Assembly (NCBI RefSeq): GCF_035084215.1
Contig: NC_090336.1
Span: 22,444,001 to 22,508,000, forward strand
Reading direction: 5' to 3'
DNA length: 64,000 bases
From: Heptranchias perlo
Taxonomy: Eukaryota
The notes under the pieces were generated by a model that was not told the origin of the DNA, searched no databases, and saw nothing but the letters and a program-made list of their open reading frames with translations. Below, one piece after another: positions 12,036 to 24,319 of this stretch (within the stretch, counting starts at the first letter, position 1; the number at the start of each line of letters is the position of its first letter). Made by a program: the position numbers and the translations under genes.

Positions 12036-14667
12036 ATATGGAGAGGGATAATTGCATTCCCAGCTCCATCTTTTTCTAATTATACCAACAGAAGCCCAAT
12101 TCACCAGCTATGCAAAAAGTCAACCGCGCTGATTGGATCACACTATTACTCCGTTTATATTACAGCATGCTAGCAAAAACAGTTTCTACTTTGATAGCAA
12201 CGCTGTATTATTAATTCAGTAGCACTGCTACCTCTGGAGGTGCAGAGGACCACTTCAGGAGCCTGTTTTCCTCGGCTCCTACAAGAGCAGCAATGCCACT
12301 GGCAGCAAATGTGACCAGCTGTTGCCACCAGTGCTGGTTTCCATCTTTGTTATGTCTGTGGTCAGTTTGACATCGCTGGCCTGTCTGGACCATGCTCAGT
12401 ACCAAGGGAGATTTGTAGCCATAAATTGAAACTCATAATTGCGATTTTTATACAATCCTACATGCCTGTTGTTTCTCTATTGCCACCAGTGTAAACGGAG
12501 CAAACTCCACGGTATGGGATTTCTAGAATATTGTACAACTGCTTGAGTATTTCCGCTTGTGTTTTGTATTTTCAAATCTAATGTAACAAAAAGTTAATCT
12601 ATGTACTGTCACTTTAAATACAAGATGCCAATCACCAACCTGTTTGGGATAGCCAATTTATAAGGTGCTAAACAGCCACTATAACACATCAGATTATGCT
12701 TTCAGATATAAAACTGGTGTCCTTTGCCCATGGTAGAATTGGTTATCGCATTTGAAGCTACGCAAGTCTCTGAAAGCTGTGGACGAGTAAATGCTTGGGT
12801 TACAGCTGAGCAAACAATCAAGTGTCCCTGTCAAAATCCACATAAAAATAATATTTTTTGTATATATATTAGCAGATTTCTGTGATATTACTCTTGGGTA
12901 GTCTAGGATCTGGAGTACAGTCATGATGTTTAGCTGCTATTCTGCCCTACCTCTTTAAAGCCACAACACAAGTCGTTTATGTATGTGAATCCATGCATTC
13001 TAGCTGCTTGAAAATTCCTAGGATCAATTGGAAGTCAGCAAATTGCTTGTGGATTTCAGGCTCCAGGTCACTAACTGGCTTTCTTTCTTTGGTTGTTTTG
13101 CATCAGTAACAAAGTTTGCCATCTGTTGTGTGACACCTGCAGTGTGTTAGTGAACGTGTATTAGACGCAATACTTTTAAATAGCTAGAGGATTTCCCAAG
13201 GCATTGCTTACAGTAAAAAAGATGATATACTCTTTTATAGAGACAGGTGTTTTAAACCATGTAATGCACAATGTATTATTCTGCTAAGGTGACACTAAGT
13301 TCCCTGAAGGCAACAATGTGTAACTGTTGTTAAGTTAACACAAGCTGAAGCCACTCAGAGTTTAATTGTCCTTTAGTCAGGAAGATTTGCAAAGTATAAA
13401 GTGTTTGTCAGTTTCAACTCCAGGTCAAAAGCACTCAGCATCCAACAATTGGGCTTTTTATCTCATTTTTAAGATTATTTTGCATCTGTAAAAAAGTGAA
13501 AACATTAGGAGTGTGGAACATGATGTCCAGAGTGTGACATCTGGCATGTGCTGACATATTGTTTTTATATTATTAGATAACGTTCCATGGTACTGCTCAT
13601 GATAAGATAGAGAATGCACTATTTTGTAAAGACAGAAACATTATACCATTTTAAACACAATGGATTATTCTGCTGATGTGTCACTACATATTTCTTTAAA
13701 GCTACACAGAGTAATTGTTGTGTATTGTTGAAGTGTATGCTTAGCTTGCTTACAAGTCACGCTGCAGAACTTTGACTTTGTTTGTTGGAAGCCGCAGACA
13801 TTTTGGCTCCAGAATTAAATGTGATTTATAAATTTGAATTAGGCTGTGTGGCGTCTAGAATGTGACATCTGGAGTCCTGATGTATTATTTTAAAATGTTT
13901 TATAGTTAAATAGATAGATAGATTGATATTGTCATGCTATAATGTGAGTGGCTGGAGTCCAATTCTTGAGGAACAGTCCTTGTCACAGATGGTGCATAAA
14001 TCACAGGCTCAGATGATGAAGTCCGCTCAGTATTGACTCTTGAAACCTGATGTTCTTTTCTCTTTGCTCTCTTCACTTTTCTTTTTCTCAGCCACCTCTG
14101 TTCAACCTCTGTGGCTCCTTGATGTAGCAAAGCCCTTCAGTGTAGCTACATCTTCCCAGCTTGCAGTATTGATGTTAAAAGTTTTCAACTCCCTTTATCA
14201 AACGTCTTTGAATCTGAGTCTAGGTCAACCCAGCAGCGTTGAAACATCTGCAAGTTCTCCATACAAGAGATCTTGGCATGTTAGCTTCCTCAAGTGCTTT
14301 GGTGTCAGGAACTTTATCTTCCTACTTCATACTTAAAATATGGTGACGACAGCGGGTGTGGAAAGAGTTTAGCCTTCTTTCATGCCTGCTGTAGGTGGTC
14401 CAGGTCTCGTTGCCATACAGCAGCGTGCTCAGGACGCACATTTGGTAGTCTCGTATCTTGATGCTCAATAGTAATTTCCTATTAATCCACATATGCTTAG
14501 TCAATTGGCCAAATGTGGTTGCTGCCTTTCCAATGCAAGAATTTAGCTTGTCATCTAGAGATAAGTTATCCAACACAGCTGATCCTAGGTAGCAGAACTT
14601 GATTACAACTTCTTGCGTGGTTTTAGCTATTGAAACTTCTGGTGCCATGATCACTGTCTTCTTTAGG

Positions 14668-15485
14668 ACAGCGTCCACGACGCCACACAACCCTGCCACG
14701 GTAACCTCTGCAAGACATGCCAGATCATCGACACAGATACCACCATCACACGAGATGACACCACCCACCAGGTGCATGGTTCATACTCCTGTGACTCGGC
14801 CAACGTTGTCTACCTCATACGTTGCAGGAAAGGATGCCCCAGAGCATGGTACATTGGCGAGACCATGCAGACGCTGCGACAACGGATGAACGGACACCGC
14901 GCAACAATCGCCAAACAGGAGGGTTCCCTCCCAGTCGGGGAACACTTCAGCAGTCATGGACATTCATCCACCGACCTTCGGGTAAGCGTACTCCAAGGCG
15001 GCCTTCGAGACACACGACAACGCAAAATCGTCGAGCAGAAATTGATAGCCAAGTTCCGCACCCATGAGGACGGCCTCAACCGGGATCTTGGGTTCATGTC
15101 ACGCTACACGTTACCCCACCAGCGAACAAATATTATCTGTTTTTAATATAATGGGTCATTTGCTGGCTCTCTCTGCCTTCCGGATGTTTCTGCCTCTCTC
15201 TGTGTTTTTTTTCTCTCTGTTGTTTTTTTCCCTGTTTGTTTTTTTGTTGAATGTGTATTCGGGGGTTCTGCAGATGACACCTCTCTGTCTGAACACGGTG
15301 ATTGCCTTGGCAACGGGCAGTTGCAGGGGCAGTCTGTAAACACCATGTATTATTCAATATGTATAAATGCGTAGGCTTCAAGGAGATCCTGAACATTTAC
15401 CTGAGGAAGGAGAAAATCTCCGAAAGCTTGTGAATTTAAAATAAAATTGCTGGACTATAACTTGGTGTTGTAAAATTGTTTACAA
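14668..15485 (+). mobile_element. 5'-truncated Penelope-like retroelement encoding a GIY-YIG endonuclease, with 3' hammerhead motif
   Basis: ORF 14772-15146 NVVYLIRC...YIGET...LRQRMNGH...VGEHF...GLN is a PLE GIY-YIG signature. Flanked by 9-bp duplication TTCTTTAGG (14659-14667 and 15486-15494). Confidence 0.9.
15395..15435 (+). ncRNA. Minimal type-I hammerhead ribozyme motif (copy 2, within the PLE)
   Basis: ATTTAC-CTGAGGA-A-GGAGA aaa TCTCC-GAAA-GC-TT-GTGAAT; predicted cleavage 3' of U15429. Confidence 0.78.
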
Positions 15486-15624
15486 TTCTTTAGGCTGATG
15501 GTTAATCCAAATCCATTGCAAGCCAGTGAAAAGCATTCTTAAAGGGCAGAGGAGAATGCATTCTTAAAGGCTACCATCTCATATCTACCACAAAAAAAAC
15601 TGCATCTGAATTCTACAACAATAT

Positions 15625-18240
15625 GTCGAGGAACCAACTAGGGAACAGGCTATTTTAGATCTAGTATTGTGCAATGAGACAGGGTTAATTAGTAATCTTA
15701 TAGTAATTCAACAACCAATAACTGTAAAACCTCCTGTCTTGTCTTTATTAAACAAAGTCTTGCTTCCCATGAAGCAATATCTATATTTTGCTCTCTCCCC
15801 CCACCCCAAAATTTTTTTAAAGAATCGCTTCTAAAATTCCCTTGAGTAACAATCGCCACGCGATTTTATTTCAGTTACAGAATGCCACGAATGTGAAACT
15901 TTATTGTTCAAACCAACAATAAAAAAAGCAACAAAAACAGAAATATCAGTTAACAGAAAATTCCAGTCATTTCCACCCTGCCCTGTAAGATAGAATTTCA
16001 TATTGAGTTTGAAAGTGATGTAGTTAAGTCTGAAATTAGGGTCTTAAATTTAAACAAAGCCAATAACATAGGTATGAGGGGCGAGTTGGCTAAGGTAGAT
16101 TGGGAAATTAGATTAAAAGATATGACGGTCGATTAGCAATGGTGAACATTTAAAGAAATAATTCATAATTCTCAACGAATATACATTCCCTTGAGGAGTA
16201 AAAACTCCATGGGAAAAGTGGTCCAACCGTGGCTAACTGGAGAAGTTAAGGATAATATTAGATTAAAAGAAGAGGCTTACAAAGTTGCCAAAAAGAGTAG
16301 TAGTCCTGAGGATTGGGAGGGTTTTAGAAATCAGCAAAGGATGTCCAAGAAACTGATAAAGAGGGAGAAAACAGAATATGAGAGTAAACTAGCAAGAAAT
16401 ACAAAAACAGATTGTAAGAGCTTCTACAAGTATGTAAAAAGGAAGAGAGTAGCGAAAGTGAACGTGGGTCCCTTAGAGGCAGAGACAGGAGAAATTATAA
16501 TGGGGAATAAGGAAATGGCAGAGATGTTAAACAAATATTTTGTACCTATCTTCACAGTAGAAGACACAAAAAACATTCCGGAAAGAGTGGGGAACCAAGG
16601 GTCTAATGAGAGTGAGGAACTTAAAATAATTAATATTAGTAAAGAAAAAGTACAAGAGAAATTATTGGGACTAAAAGCCAACAAATCCCCTGGACCAGAT
16701 GGCCGACATCCTAGGGTTTTAAAAGAGGTGGCTGCAGAGATAGTGGATGCATTGGTTTTGATCTTCCAGAATTCCCTAGATTCTAGAACGGTCCCTGTAG
16801 ATTGGAAGGTAGCAAATGTAATCCCGCTATTTAAGAAAGGAGAGAGAAAGAGAACAGGGAACTATAGGCCAGTTAGCCTGACATCAGTGGTAGGGAAAAT
16901 GCTAGAATCTATTATTAAGGACGTGGTAAAAGGGCAGTTAGAAAATCATAATGTGATTAGAATCAACACAGTTTTATGAAAGGGAAATTGTGTTTGACAA
17001 ATCTACTAGCGATTTTGAGAGTGAAACTAGCAGGGTAGATAAGGGGGAACCAGTGGATGTAGCATAGTTGGATTTTCAAAAGGCATTCGATAAGGTGTTA
17101 CACAAGATTAGGGCTCATGGGATTGGGGGTAATATATTAGCATGGATTGAGAATTGGTTAACGGACAGAAAACAGAGAGTAGGAATAAACGGGTCATTTT
17201 CGGGTTGGCAGCTTGTAACTAGTGGGGTGCCATAAGGATCAGTGCTTGGGCCTCAGCTGTTTACAATCTATATTAATGACTTAGATGAAGGGACTGAGTG
17301 TAATGTATCCAAGTTTGCTGATAATATAAAGCTAGGTGGGAAAGTAAGTTGGAGGAGGATGCAAAGAGGCTACAAAGGGATATAGACAGTTAAGTGATTG
17401 GGCAAGAAGGTGGTAGATGGAGTATAACGTGGGGAAATGTGAAATTATCCACTTTGGTAGGAAGAATAGAAAAACAGAATATTTTTTAAAAGGTAAGAGA
17501 CAAGTAAATGTTGGTATTCAGAGGGATTTGTGTGACCTTGTACACGAATCACAGAAAGTTAACATGCAGGTACAGCAAGCAATTAGGAAAGCAAATGGTA
17601 TGTTCACCTTTATTGGAAGGGGGTTGGAGTATAAGAGTAAGGAAGTCTTGCTTCAATTATATAGGGCTCTGGTGAGACCTCACCTGGAGTACTGTGTACA
17701 GTTTTGGACACCTTACCTAAGGAAGAATATGCTTGCCTTAGAGGGGGTGCAACAAAGGTTCACTAGATTGTTTCCTGGGATGAGAGGGTTATCCTATGAG
17801 GAGAGATTGAGTGGAACAGGCCTGAGTAGAATTTAGAGGAATGAGAGGTGATCTCATTGAATTGTATAAAATTCTTAGAGGGCTTAGCAGGGTTGATGCT
17901 GAGAGGCTGTTTTCACCTGGCGGGAGAGTCTAGAACTAGGGGGCATAGTCTCAGGATAAGGGATCAGCCATTTAGGGCTGAGATGAGGAAAAATTTCTTC
18001 ACTCAGAGGGTCGTGAATGTTTGGAGTTCTCTACCCCAGAGGGATGTGGATGCTCAGACATTGAGTATATTCAAAACTGAGATCAATAGATTTTTGGACG
18101 TGAAGGGAATTAAGGGATATGGGGATAGGGCAGGAAAGTGGAGTTGTGGTAGATCATCAGCAGTGATCCTATTGAATGGTGGAGCAGGCTCGAGGGGCCG
18201 TATGGCCTACTCCTGCTCCTAGTTCTTATGTTCTTATGAA
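15625..18240 (+). mobile_element. CR1 LINE (ORF2 partial, multiple stops and frameshifts; about 285-bp foreign insert at 15706-15988)
   Basis: [27 protein letters not shown] and YCVQFW motifs; 3' tail ttcttatgttcttatg. Confidence 0.9.
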
Positions 18241-18859
18241 ATCTCCTGACAAAAAAATGCCAATTCTCATTAAGCCTGTTCCACCACATTTAAATGAGGT
18301 CAAGGGGTCCGCCCATTCCCCACCACTTTTGCCCCAAACCCACTCCAAATAATTGCAGTCATTATATCAGCGTAGGTAATAGTTGTTTCAAGATGTCCCT
18401 GAAGTGAATACTGTATTGAGGAGGCCATTTGTGGTGGCTGCTTCCGAAGGCTGGTTTTTTCTGGCCTGCATAGTGTTTTATCCTCCTTAATGTAAAATAT
18501 TTGAAATGTATTCCTGTAGGTAAGTAGTGCTATAGGAATGCAAGTTTTTGTTGTCTATCCAGTTTGGCGAGGTACCAAAGGATGGATGGAGCCAATTAAA
18601 ACCCGCGCAATAATCAGCACCTTCAGGAGAGAAGAGAAAGTTGGGAGATAAAGGGAACAAAAAATTAAACAGTGCTGCATTTCCCTACATTGACTCCCAC
18701 ATTAACAAGAGATCATTTAAACTCTCCAAACATATGATTACACTAAAACGGTTGATGCAGACCGACTTGCTGTGGTTGGATAATGCTTCGAGAGTTGGTT
18801 AGCTTCATGAATGATAGTGTTGTGAAAGAATTGCTGCTGTCAGTGTCCCTTTAAATTCC

Positions 18860-19047
18860 CACGGTGACGATGGGAAGACCTCCCCGCCGACAGGTGGCGC
18901 TGCGTTGGAAGAGTAACGGGGCGCTGGGGGGGGGGCGGGGCTCGGCTCCTGGGCGGTTTGCGCATGCTCAGAAGCCTCGGCGTCGTGTCCCGCTCTCGAT
19001 GGAAGTGTCGCTGCAGTTCAGCCTCAATTTGCGGTCTGGTGGACGGG
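18860..19047 (+). promoter_or_regulatory. ARMC7 CpG-island promoter and first exon
   Basis: CTCF-like CCGACAGGTGGCGC about 18888-18901, GC box GGGGCGGGGC about 18932, NRF1-like GCGCATGCTC about 18960, donor GGG|GTGAGT after 19047. Confidence 0.7.
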
Positions 19048-20395
19048 GTGAGTCATCAGCTTCAGGTTCATACTTAGCGGCTTCTTCCCTGGGTCAGGTC
19101 TCCTGTGATACCCCCAGGGCCAAGGCCTCGCCTGATGTTCCTCAAAGAGGCCGGAGAGGAGTCGGTGCCCCGCGGCGAACTGATGGAGGTGGTGCGGCGG
19201 CTGCTTTATTGCCGACTGCAGCTGGGCTGAGCTTCGTTAGATTCCCCCCCCCCACCACACCACTGAATGAAGCAGAGGTGTGTCAAATAGTTACCTTCAT
19301 ATCAGGCAACAAGTTTACAATCAAAACATATTTACCTGTGAAAAATGCGGTATCCCTGCCAGCACTTCCACTCAAATGACAATTCCTAGCTGCGCCTCAG
19401 GAATGGAGGGACTTTTTAATGATTTGAAAGATAACGGGATTTCCTATGTCACAGAAAGGTAGTCGATTATTCACAAGTTTTATGGGGGGAGTGTTTTGAG
19501 AGAACAGGAGGCGAGTCTCACGGTGGAGGTGGGGGAGATGTGGGAGAATTCATTGTAATATGGGTTCAGGACTGGGATGGGAGTGAGGAGGAGATGGCGG
19601 CTGCATGAATAGTATTGCTCTGAGAAACAGATTGGACCATAAGCTCCTTGCACTTGGTGGTCGTCAAAGGCAAAGCTAAGGGAACTGTTGACAAAGTAAA
19701 CAGTGGAATTGTGGATGGCCAAAGATGGAGCTGGGGATTTGAAAGAGTATTGATAAAGGAGCTGGAATTATGTTTTTTTTTTCAGGAAAAGTGGTGAGGG
19801 TATTGCAAGGGAAGATGGACAGAGAAGGGGATGAGGTACTGATTGGGAGATGGCCCTGTCAGCGATTGGAGATGGTGAAGCCTCGGGTGACTATGGATGG
19901 GAAAGTTTATGTTCAGGGTGAAGTTAAACTTTGAGGACCCACAAATCAGTTGAGAAGGGGCTAGGAGAAAGCATTAGAGGAGTATGGGAGAGGGCCCCTA
20001 GGTGGGACTTGGTGATGACAGCTGCTGCACTACCACAGTGATTTAGCAAGTGGCATGGTGGACTGTGGGGCTACTTTAATATGGCTGTAGCTGTACTGAG
20101 CTCTTCGGCCAGCAATGCATAGAAATAGGAATAGGTCAATTGGCCCACTTGCTCTGCCATTTTGTTAGCAATGAAACATAGGAACAGGAGCAGGCCATTC
20201 AGCCACTCAAGCCTGTCCTGCCATTTAATTAGATCATGGCAGCATTTTATCTTTTTAATCCTCTGTCCTTTCTCCGCCTGGAATCTGGCATAGTGGGAAT
20301 CAGGTTATGTCGCACAACTGTTTCCATAATGCAATCTGACTAGGCTTGTGATCAGTATTTCTCTTTTTAATGCAGCTGACTGGAGTTCAGTTGAA

Positions 20396-20498
20396 ATGGC
20401 CAGCTCAGGTCGGGGTATGGAAAGTAAATCCCAGGGGCAAGACCGGTTTGATTACCTGCAAGCCCTTGTTACTGAGTTCCAGGATACTGACAGTCAAG
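20396..20498 (+). CDS. ARMC7: Armadillo repeat-containing protein 7, coding exon 1
   Basis: MASSGRGMESKSQGQDRFDYLQALVTEFQDTDSQ; YLQALVTEFQ matches the ARMC7 N-terminus. Acceptor tgcag| at 20375, donor |GTAGG, phase 1. Confidence 0.92.
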
Positions 20499-20929
20499 GT
20501 AGGATGACCAAAAACGTAAGATGGTGATCTATGATTATCGGTCACAATCCGGGATTGGAACTATAGGATTCCAAGTAGTAAATGTTCTGAAAAGAACAGT
20601 CATGGGGATGTTTGGGAGTGAGGCGCAGATGCCATGAAAACCAATTTTTTTGGTTGTGCTCATGATTCTGTCCACGCAAAGTTGCCACTATCTTAAAGTT
20701 TATGGTGTTTAGTATTTTCTTAATCTATTGTTTATTGGTGCATTTATTGCAGCACTTCACAGGTTAGGCTTTACTGGGCATACATCACTGAAGTTGGCTT
20801 TTGCATGATGTGCATTCTGTCATAAATATGATAGTTATTGGGCCTGATGAGCACAATGACTGTGCCAGTGCAGGTCCTGTACAGTCGAGTTTGTATGAAA
20901 GCTAACATTGTTTTGTTCTAACTTCTCAG

Positions 20930-21073
20930 AGTCAAAGGAGCAAGTTCTGGCAAACCTGGCTAACTTTGCCTATGATCCCAGTAACTATCAGTATCTTCGA
21001 CAGCTGCAGGTCATTGACCTATTCCTGGATATGCTCACAGAAGATAATGAAAGATTTGTAGAATTTGGAATAG
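20930..21073 (+). CDS. ARMC7: ARMC7 coding exon 2
   Basis: (E)[47 protein letters not shown]; 144 nt, ctcag| and |GTAAAG. Confidence 0.95.
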
Positions 21074-21969
21074 GTAAAGACTAATTTTTATATTTTGTGT
21101 TTTGTCACCTCCCTGCATGTTGAGTAATCTGGATCATCCAGGCTGTGGTCTATTCTGGGCCTCTTGTCAGAAGCAATCAGTAGGAAATGACTAGATTGCT
21201 TTTTCAATACCTTTTTTTAAGGAAATATGACAGAAATTTATAGATTGAAAAAGTGCAATATCAGAAATGTTGGCAGTAACATCTCAAGATTTTTTTATAT
21301 TTATCTATTTATCTGATTTTCTGGATTCTGGAACATGGTTGTGATGTTTAACTGCTAATCTGGCCTGTCCCTTTAGGCCCCAAACTCAGGTACTCCCGAG
21401 AGGAAAGTGGTTTATGTCGATCTAGAGGTTAATTATTGCTAATGAGAGAATTTTGCAGATAGCAAGGTGCTTGTAACTTTCCAGGTCAATCTGCAAAAAT
21501 TCCTCACCATTAGGTATTAATCTGCAATTGACTTAAATGTAAAATAATTGCCTTTCTTTTTGCTTTGAGCACTCTGAAGTGTGATGGATGCTCTTCAGAC
21601 CATCTCAAAACTTTTATATGGATAATGGATTTCCTCATGAGGAGTCAGGGATATGTGTTGATGCTGTGTAATGTACCAGTATATTAGCGTCATTAGGATT
21701 TTTCAAATTCCAAAGGGTTATGGGAGTGATAGTATTTTCAGGTTGAGATTATGTCATTGTGTCCACATTTTTGTAGCAATTATAAATCAAAGCCCTTTTT
21801 ATTCGTGTGTTAAATGGGAAGGGAACTGTATGAACATTAAAAGTAAAATTAATGTTTATTGTTGGTGCTAATTCATCATATCCTCACCTGTAATTCTTGT
21901 ATATTAGCCCCTTCTCACAGTATTTATTTTTCATGGACCCAGTGCTGACGGTGTTTTTATTTCCTACAG

Positions 21970-22307
21970 GTGGTCTCTGTAACCTGTGTCTAGACAAACA
22001 GAACAAGGAATATATTTTACAGAACAATGGGGTTCAGGCAGTGCTGGACTGTTTATCCAGCCCTAATGAGGACACGGTACTGTCTGCCATTACCACGTTA
22101 ATGTACCTGATGACTCCTTTGTCACGGGAAGAAATCACAGCAATGCCCGTTATTGAGTGTATGCTACGGTTCTCCATGTCCAAAAACAAACGTCTGAGTA
22201 ACTTAGCGACTCTGTTTCTGGAAGACTTCTGCTCAGCAGAAGATGTGGAAAAAGCCAAGAATTTGCAGAATCACACAGCACTGGGAATACCGCTTCCAAA
22301 AGAATAG
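21970..22307 (+). CDS. ARMC7: ARMC7 coding exon 3 (to stop); joined CDS 585 nt, 194 aa
   Basis: [17 protein letters not shown]...[20 protein letters not shown]...LFLEDFCS...ALGIPLPKE*; ctacag| acceptor; frame continuous across all exons. Confidence 0.95.
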
Positions 22308-23276
22308 GCTCATAGAATTCCACAGCATCCTGATGCTTGTGGGATGGGAACCTCTGGATGTTGTACAGATTCACTAAGTGTGAAGGGACTGCACTACATC
22401 ACTGATATTGCACTTGTGGGTACCTTGCTCCATCTGCTTCACTCAGACTAACTCCAAAGTTTGCAGTATATGGTCCCATTGTGGATACTGCCTCAGTTAC
22501 AGCAATTAAGCTGCACTGTCTTTTAGAGGCAGGTCACAAACTGATTTCTTGTCCCCTGTCCTCCATATGGCATAAAATGCATACAGATATGTAACTATTA
22601 TGGGTTTTTAATGCTGCCCAAGTGCCAGCTTGGTTGAGTTGGTAGCACTCTTGCCTCTGATATAATTTAGGCTGACACTGAGGGAATGCTGCATTGCTGG
22701 AGGTGCTAAAAAGTTGAGTTGGGATGCTTGTAATAGACCTAAAAAGTGGCAATTAAGAATCCTGCACTGTATGGCACGCTAATACGTGTACACAGGTGGA
22801 ACCCACAGCCTGATAAATGCTGGAGGAGTTGCGGAGGAGTCAGTGACCAATTCTAACAAACAATTATATTGTCTATTAGAATAGATTTTATCTGTTGCCT
22901 TTTATTGAAGCCCCAGGATACATAACTAGGTGATAGATGGTAGGCACCTGGTGTTTAACAGTGTTAGGGAGGGGAGGGGAGGGGGGTTATGCAGTCCTGC
23001 AGAATTGAGAGAGGAGTGGTCCTTGGGTTTGTCAGCTGGGGTGGGGTGGGAGGGGGGGGGTCATGTAGTTTGGTAGGAATGATAATAGTTTATATCTCAT
23101 TTTGGCTAAAAAAAAATTCCAAAATTCCGGTTCTGTCCTCCACAGCTGCGTTAATTAAATATTTTCTGTCAAAATATAAACAAAGCCTTTTTAGAAAACG
23201 TTTACCTTAAAAGCTTTCAGCATTGGATTTGTTGGGGGGAACTCAAATAAGTTTACAGCATGTAGAAACTGAGAAA

Positions 23277-23282
23277 AATAAA
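23277..23282 (+). terminator. Candidate ARMC7 polyadenylation signal
   Basis: AATAAA about 1 kb after the stop, followed by T-rich sequence, upstream of the VNTR. Confidence 0.45.
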
Positions 23283-23883
23283 ATTTTAACTAAAATAACA
23301 ATAGTCTTAATTTTAAGTTTCTGTTTTAAGAATAATGGTTTTGAATTGTAGCAAAACACAGATCACGAAGTGTTTCCCGTTGGCTGGTGGCTGCCTAAGA
23401 CTTGCACACTCTCCCTGAACTGTAAATATGCAGTTGATGAGAATCATGAAGCTTTTTCTGGAAAAAAAATCATTCTGCAGCTTATTTTCAAATTACTGAA
23501 AGAAACCTTTTTCAACCAAATGGAGGGAAACCTTAGAACCCCCCCCCCTGCAATGGAGGTCGGACCTCGGGACCAACATGGCCGGTTGCTCCCGGATTAT
23601 GTGGGAGCCCGATGGCACCCGAGAAAATTCGGCCCCACAAATATGTTCTTCGGTACTTCTATCCAATCTTGCTTCAAATACAAGACTATGGATTCAGAGA
23701 AGAAGCAAAACGGGGGGGAAAAAAACACCAAAGGCCTTTCATAGCTCGTGTGTCTCGGTGGGCATAGTGACCGCTCAGTGGTAATTGTACGGTGGGCTGC
23801 TGCTCTTCAATCTCTGTTTTCTGAAGATTTTGGACCAAGCTTGTGTACCCATGTGTCCAATGAAGACTGCTCCGCTCAGCGCG

Positions 23884-24303
23884 CCAGCAGGTGTCGCTGT
23901 GGTAGCAGAATAGCGGGAAAGCGGTGCAATCACCGCTCTTCCACTCCGGCAGGTGTCGCTGTTTTAGCGGGAACGCGGTGCGGCCGCTGTTGCTCTTCCA
24001 CTCCGGCGGGTGTCGCTGTTTTAGCGGGAACGCGGTGCGGCCGCTGTTGCTCTTCCACTCCGGCGGGTGTCGCTGTTTTAGCGGGAACGCGGTGCGGCCG
24101 CTGTTGCTCTTCCACTCCGGCGGGTGTCGCTGTTTTAGCGGGAACGCGGTGCGGCCGCTGTTGCTCTTCCACTCCGGCGGGTGTCGCTGTTTTAGCGGGA
24201 ACGCGGTGCGGCCGCTGTTGCTCTTCCACTCCGGCGGGTGTCGCTGTTTTAGCGGGAACGCGGTGCGGCCGCTGTTGCTCTTCCACTCCGGCAGGTGTCG
24301 CTG
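23884..24303 (+). repeat. 57-bp GC-rich tandem repeat (about 6.5 near-perfect units plus a diverged 5' unit), each with a CTCF-like motif and most with a NotI site
   Basis: Unit CTCTTCCACTCCGGC(G/A)GGTGTCGCTGTTTTAGCGGGAACGCGGTGCGGCCGCTGTTG; motif starts at 23884, 23946, 24003, 24060, 24117, 24174, 24231, 24288. Confidence 0.92.
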
Positions 24304-24319
24304 TGCAGGCGAAGGAGCC

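Larger units (their letters stand above)
14325..15530 (-). mobile_element. RTE-clade LINE fragment split by the Penelope insertion
   Basis: KFCYLGS...IGKAATTFGQL...VLSTLLYGNETWT is RTE-like. The reading ACNGFGLTISLKKT joins across the insertion (15495-15523 with 14659-14667). Confidence 0.8.

Noticed and set aside
12220-12430. Stop-free frame with a hydrophobic C-terminal stretch (..LLPPVLVSIFVMSVVSLTSLACL..)
   Set aside because: No start codon or matching upstream exon and no recognisable homology.
13520-13556. Box C/D snoRNA (TGATG...CTGA)
   Set aside because: Too short (about 35 nt), imperfect box C, and not in a recognised host intron.
16191-16979. 262-aa ORF (and similar 100-270-aa ORFs elsewhere) as host genes
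   Set aside because: All carry CR1/L2/RTE endonuclease or RT motifs, or are antisense shadows of them, and are broken by stops and frameshifts.
18864-19379. 171-aa ORF at the ARMC7 CpG island
   Set aside because: Starts at GTG, crosses a consensus splice donor, and is explained by GC-rich stop depletion.
23884-24303. CRISPR-like array
   Set aside because: Units are contiguous and near-identical with no unique spacers, there are no cas genes, and the context is vertebrate.
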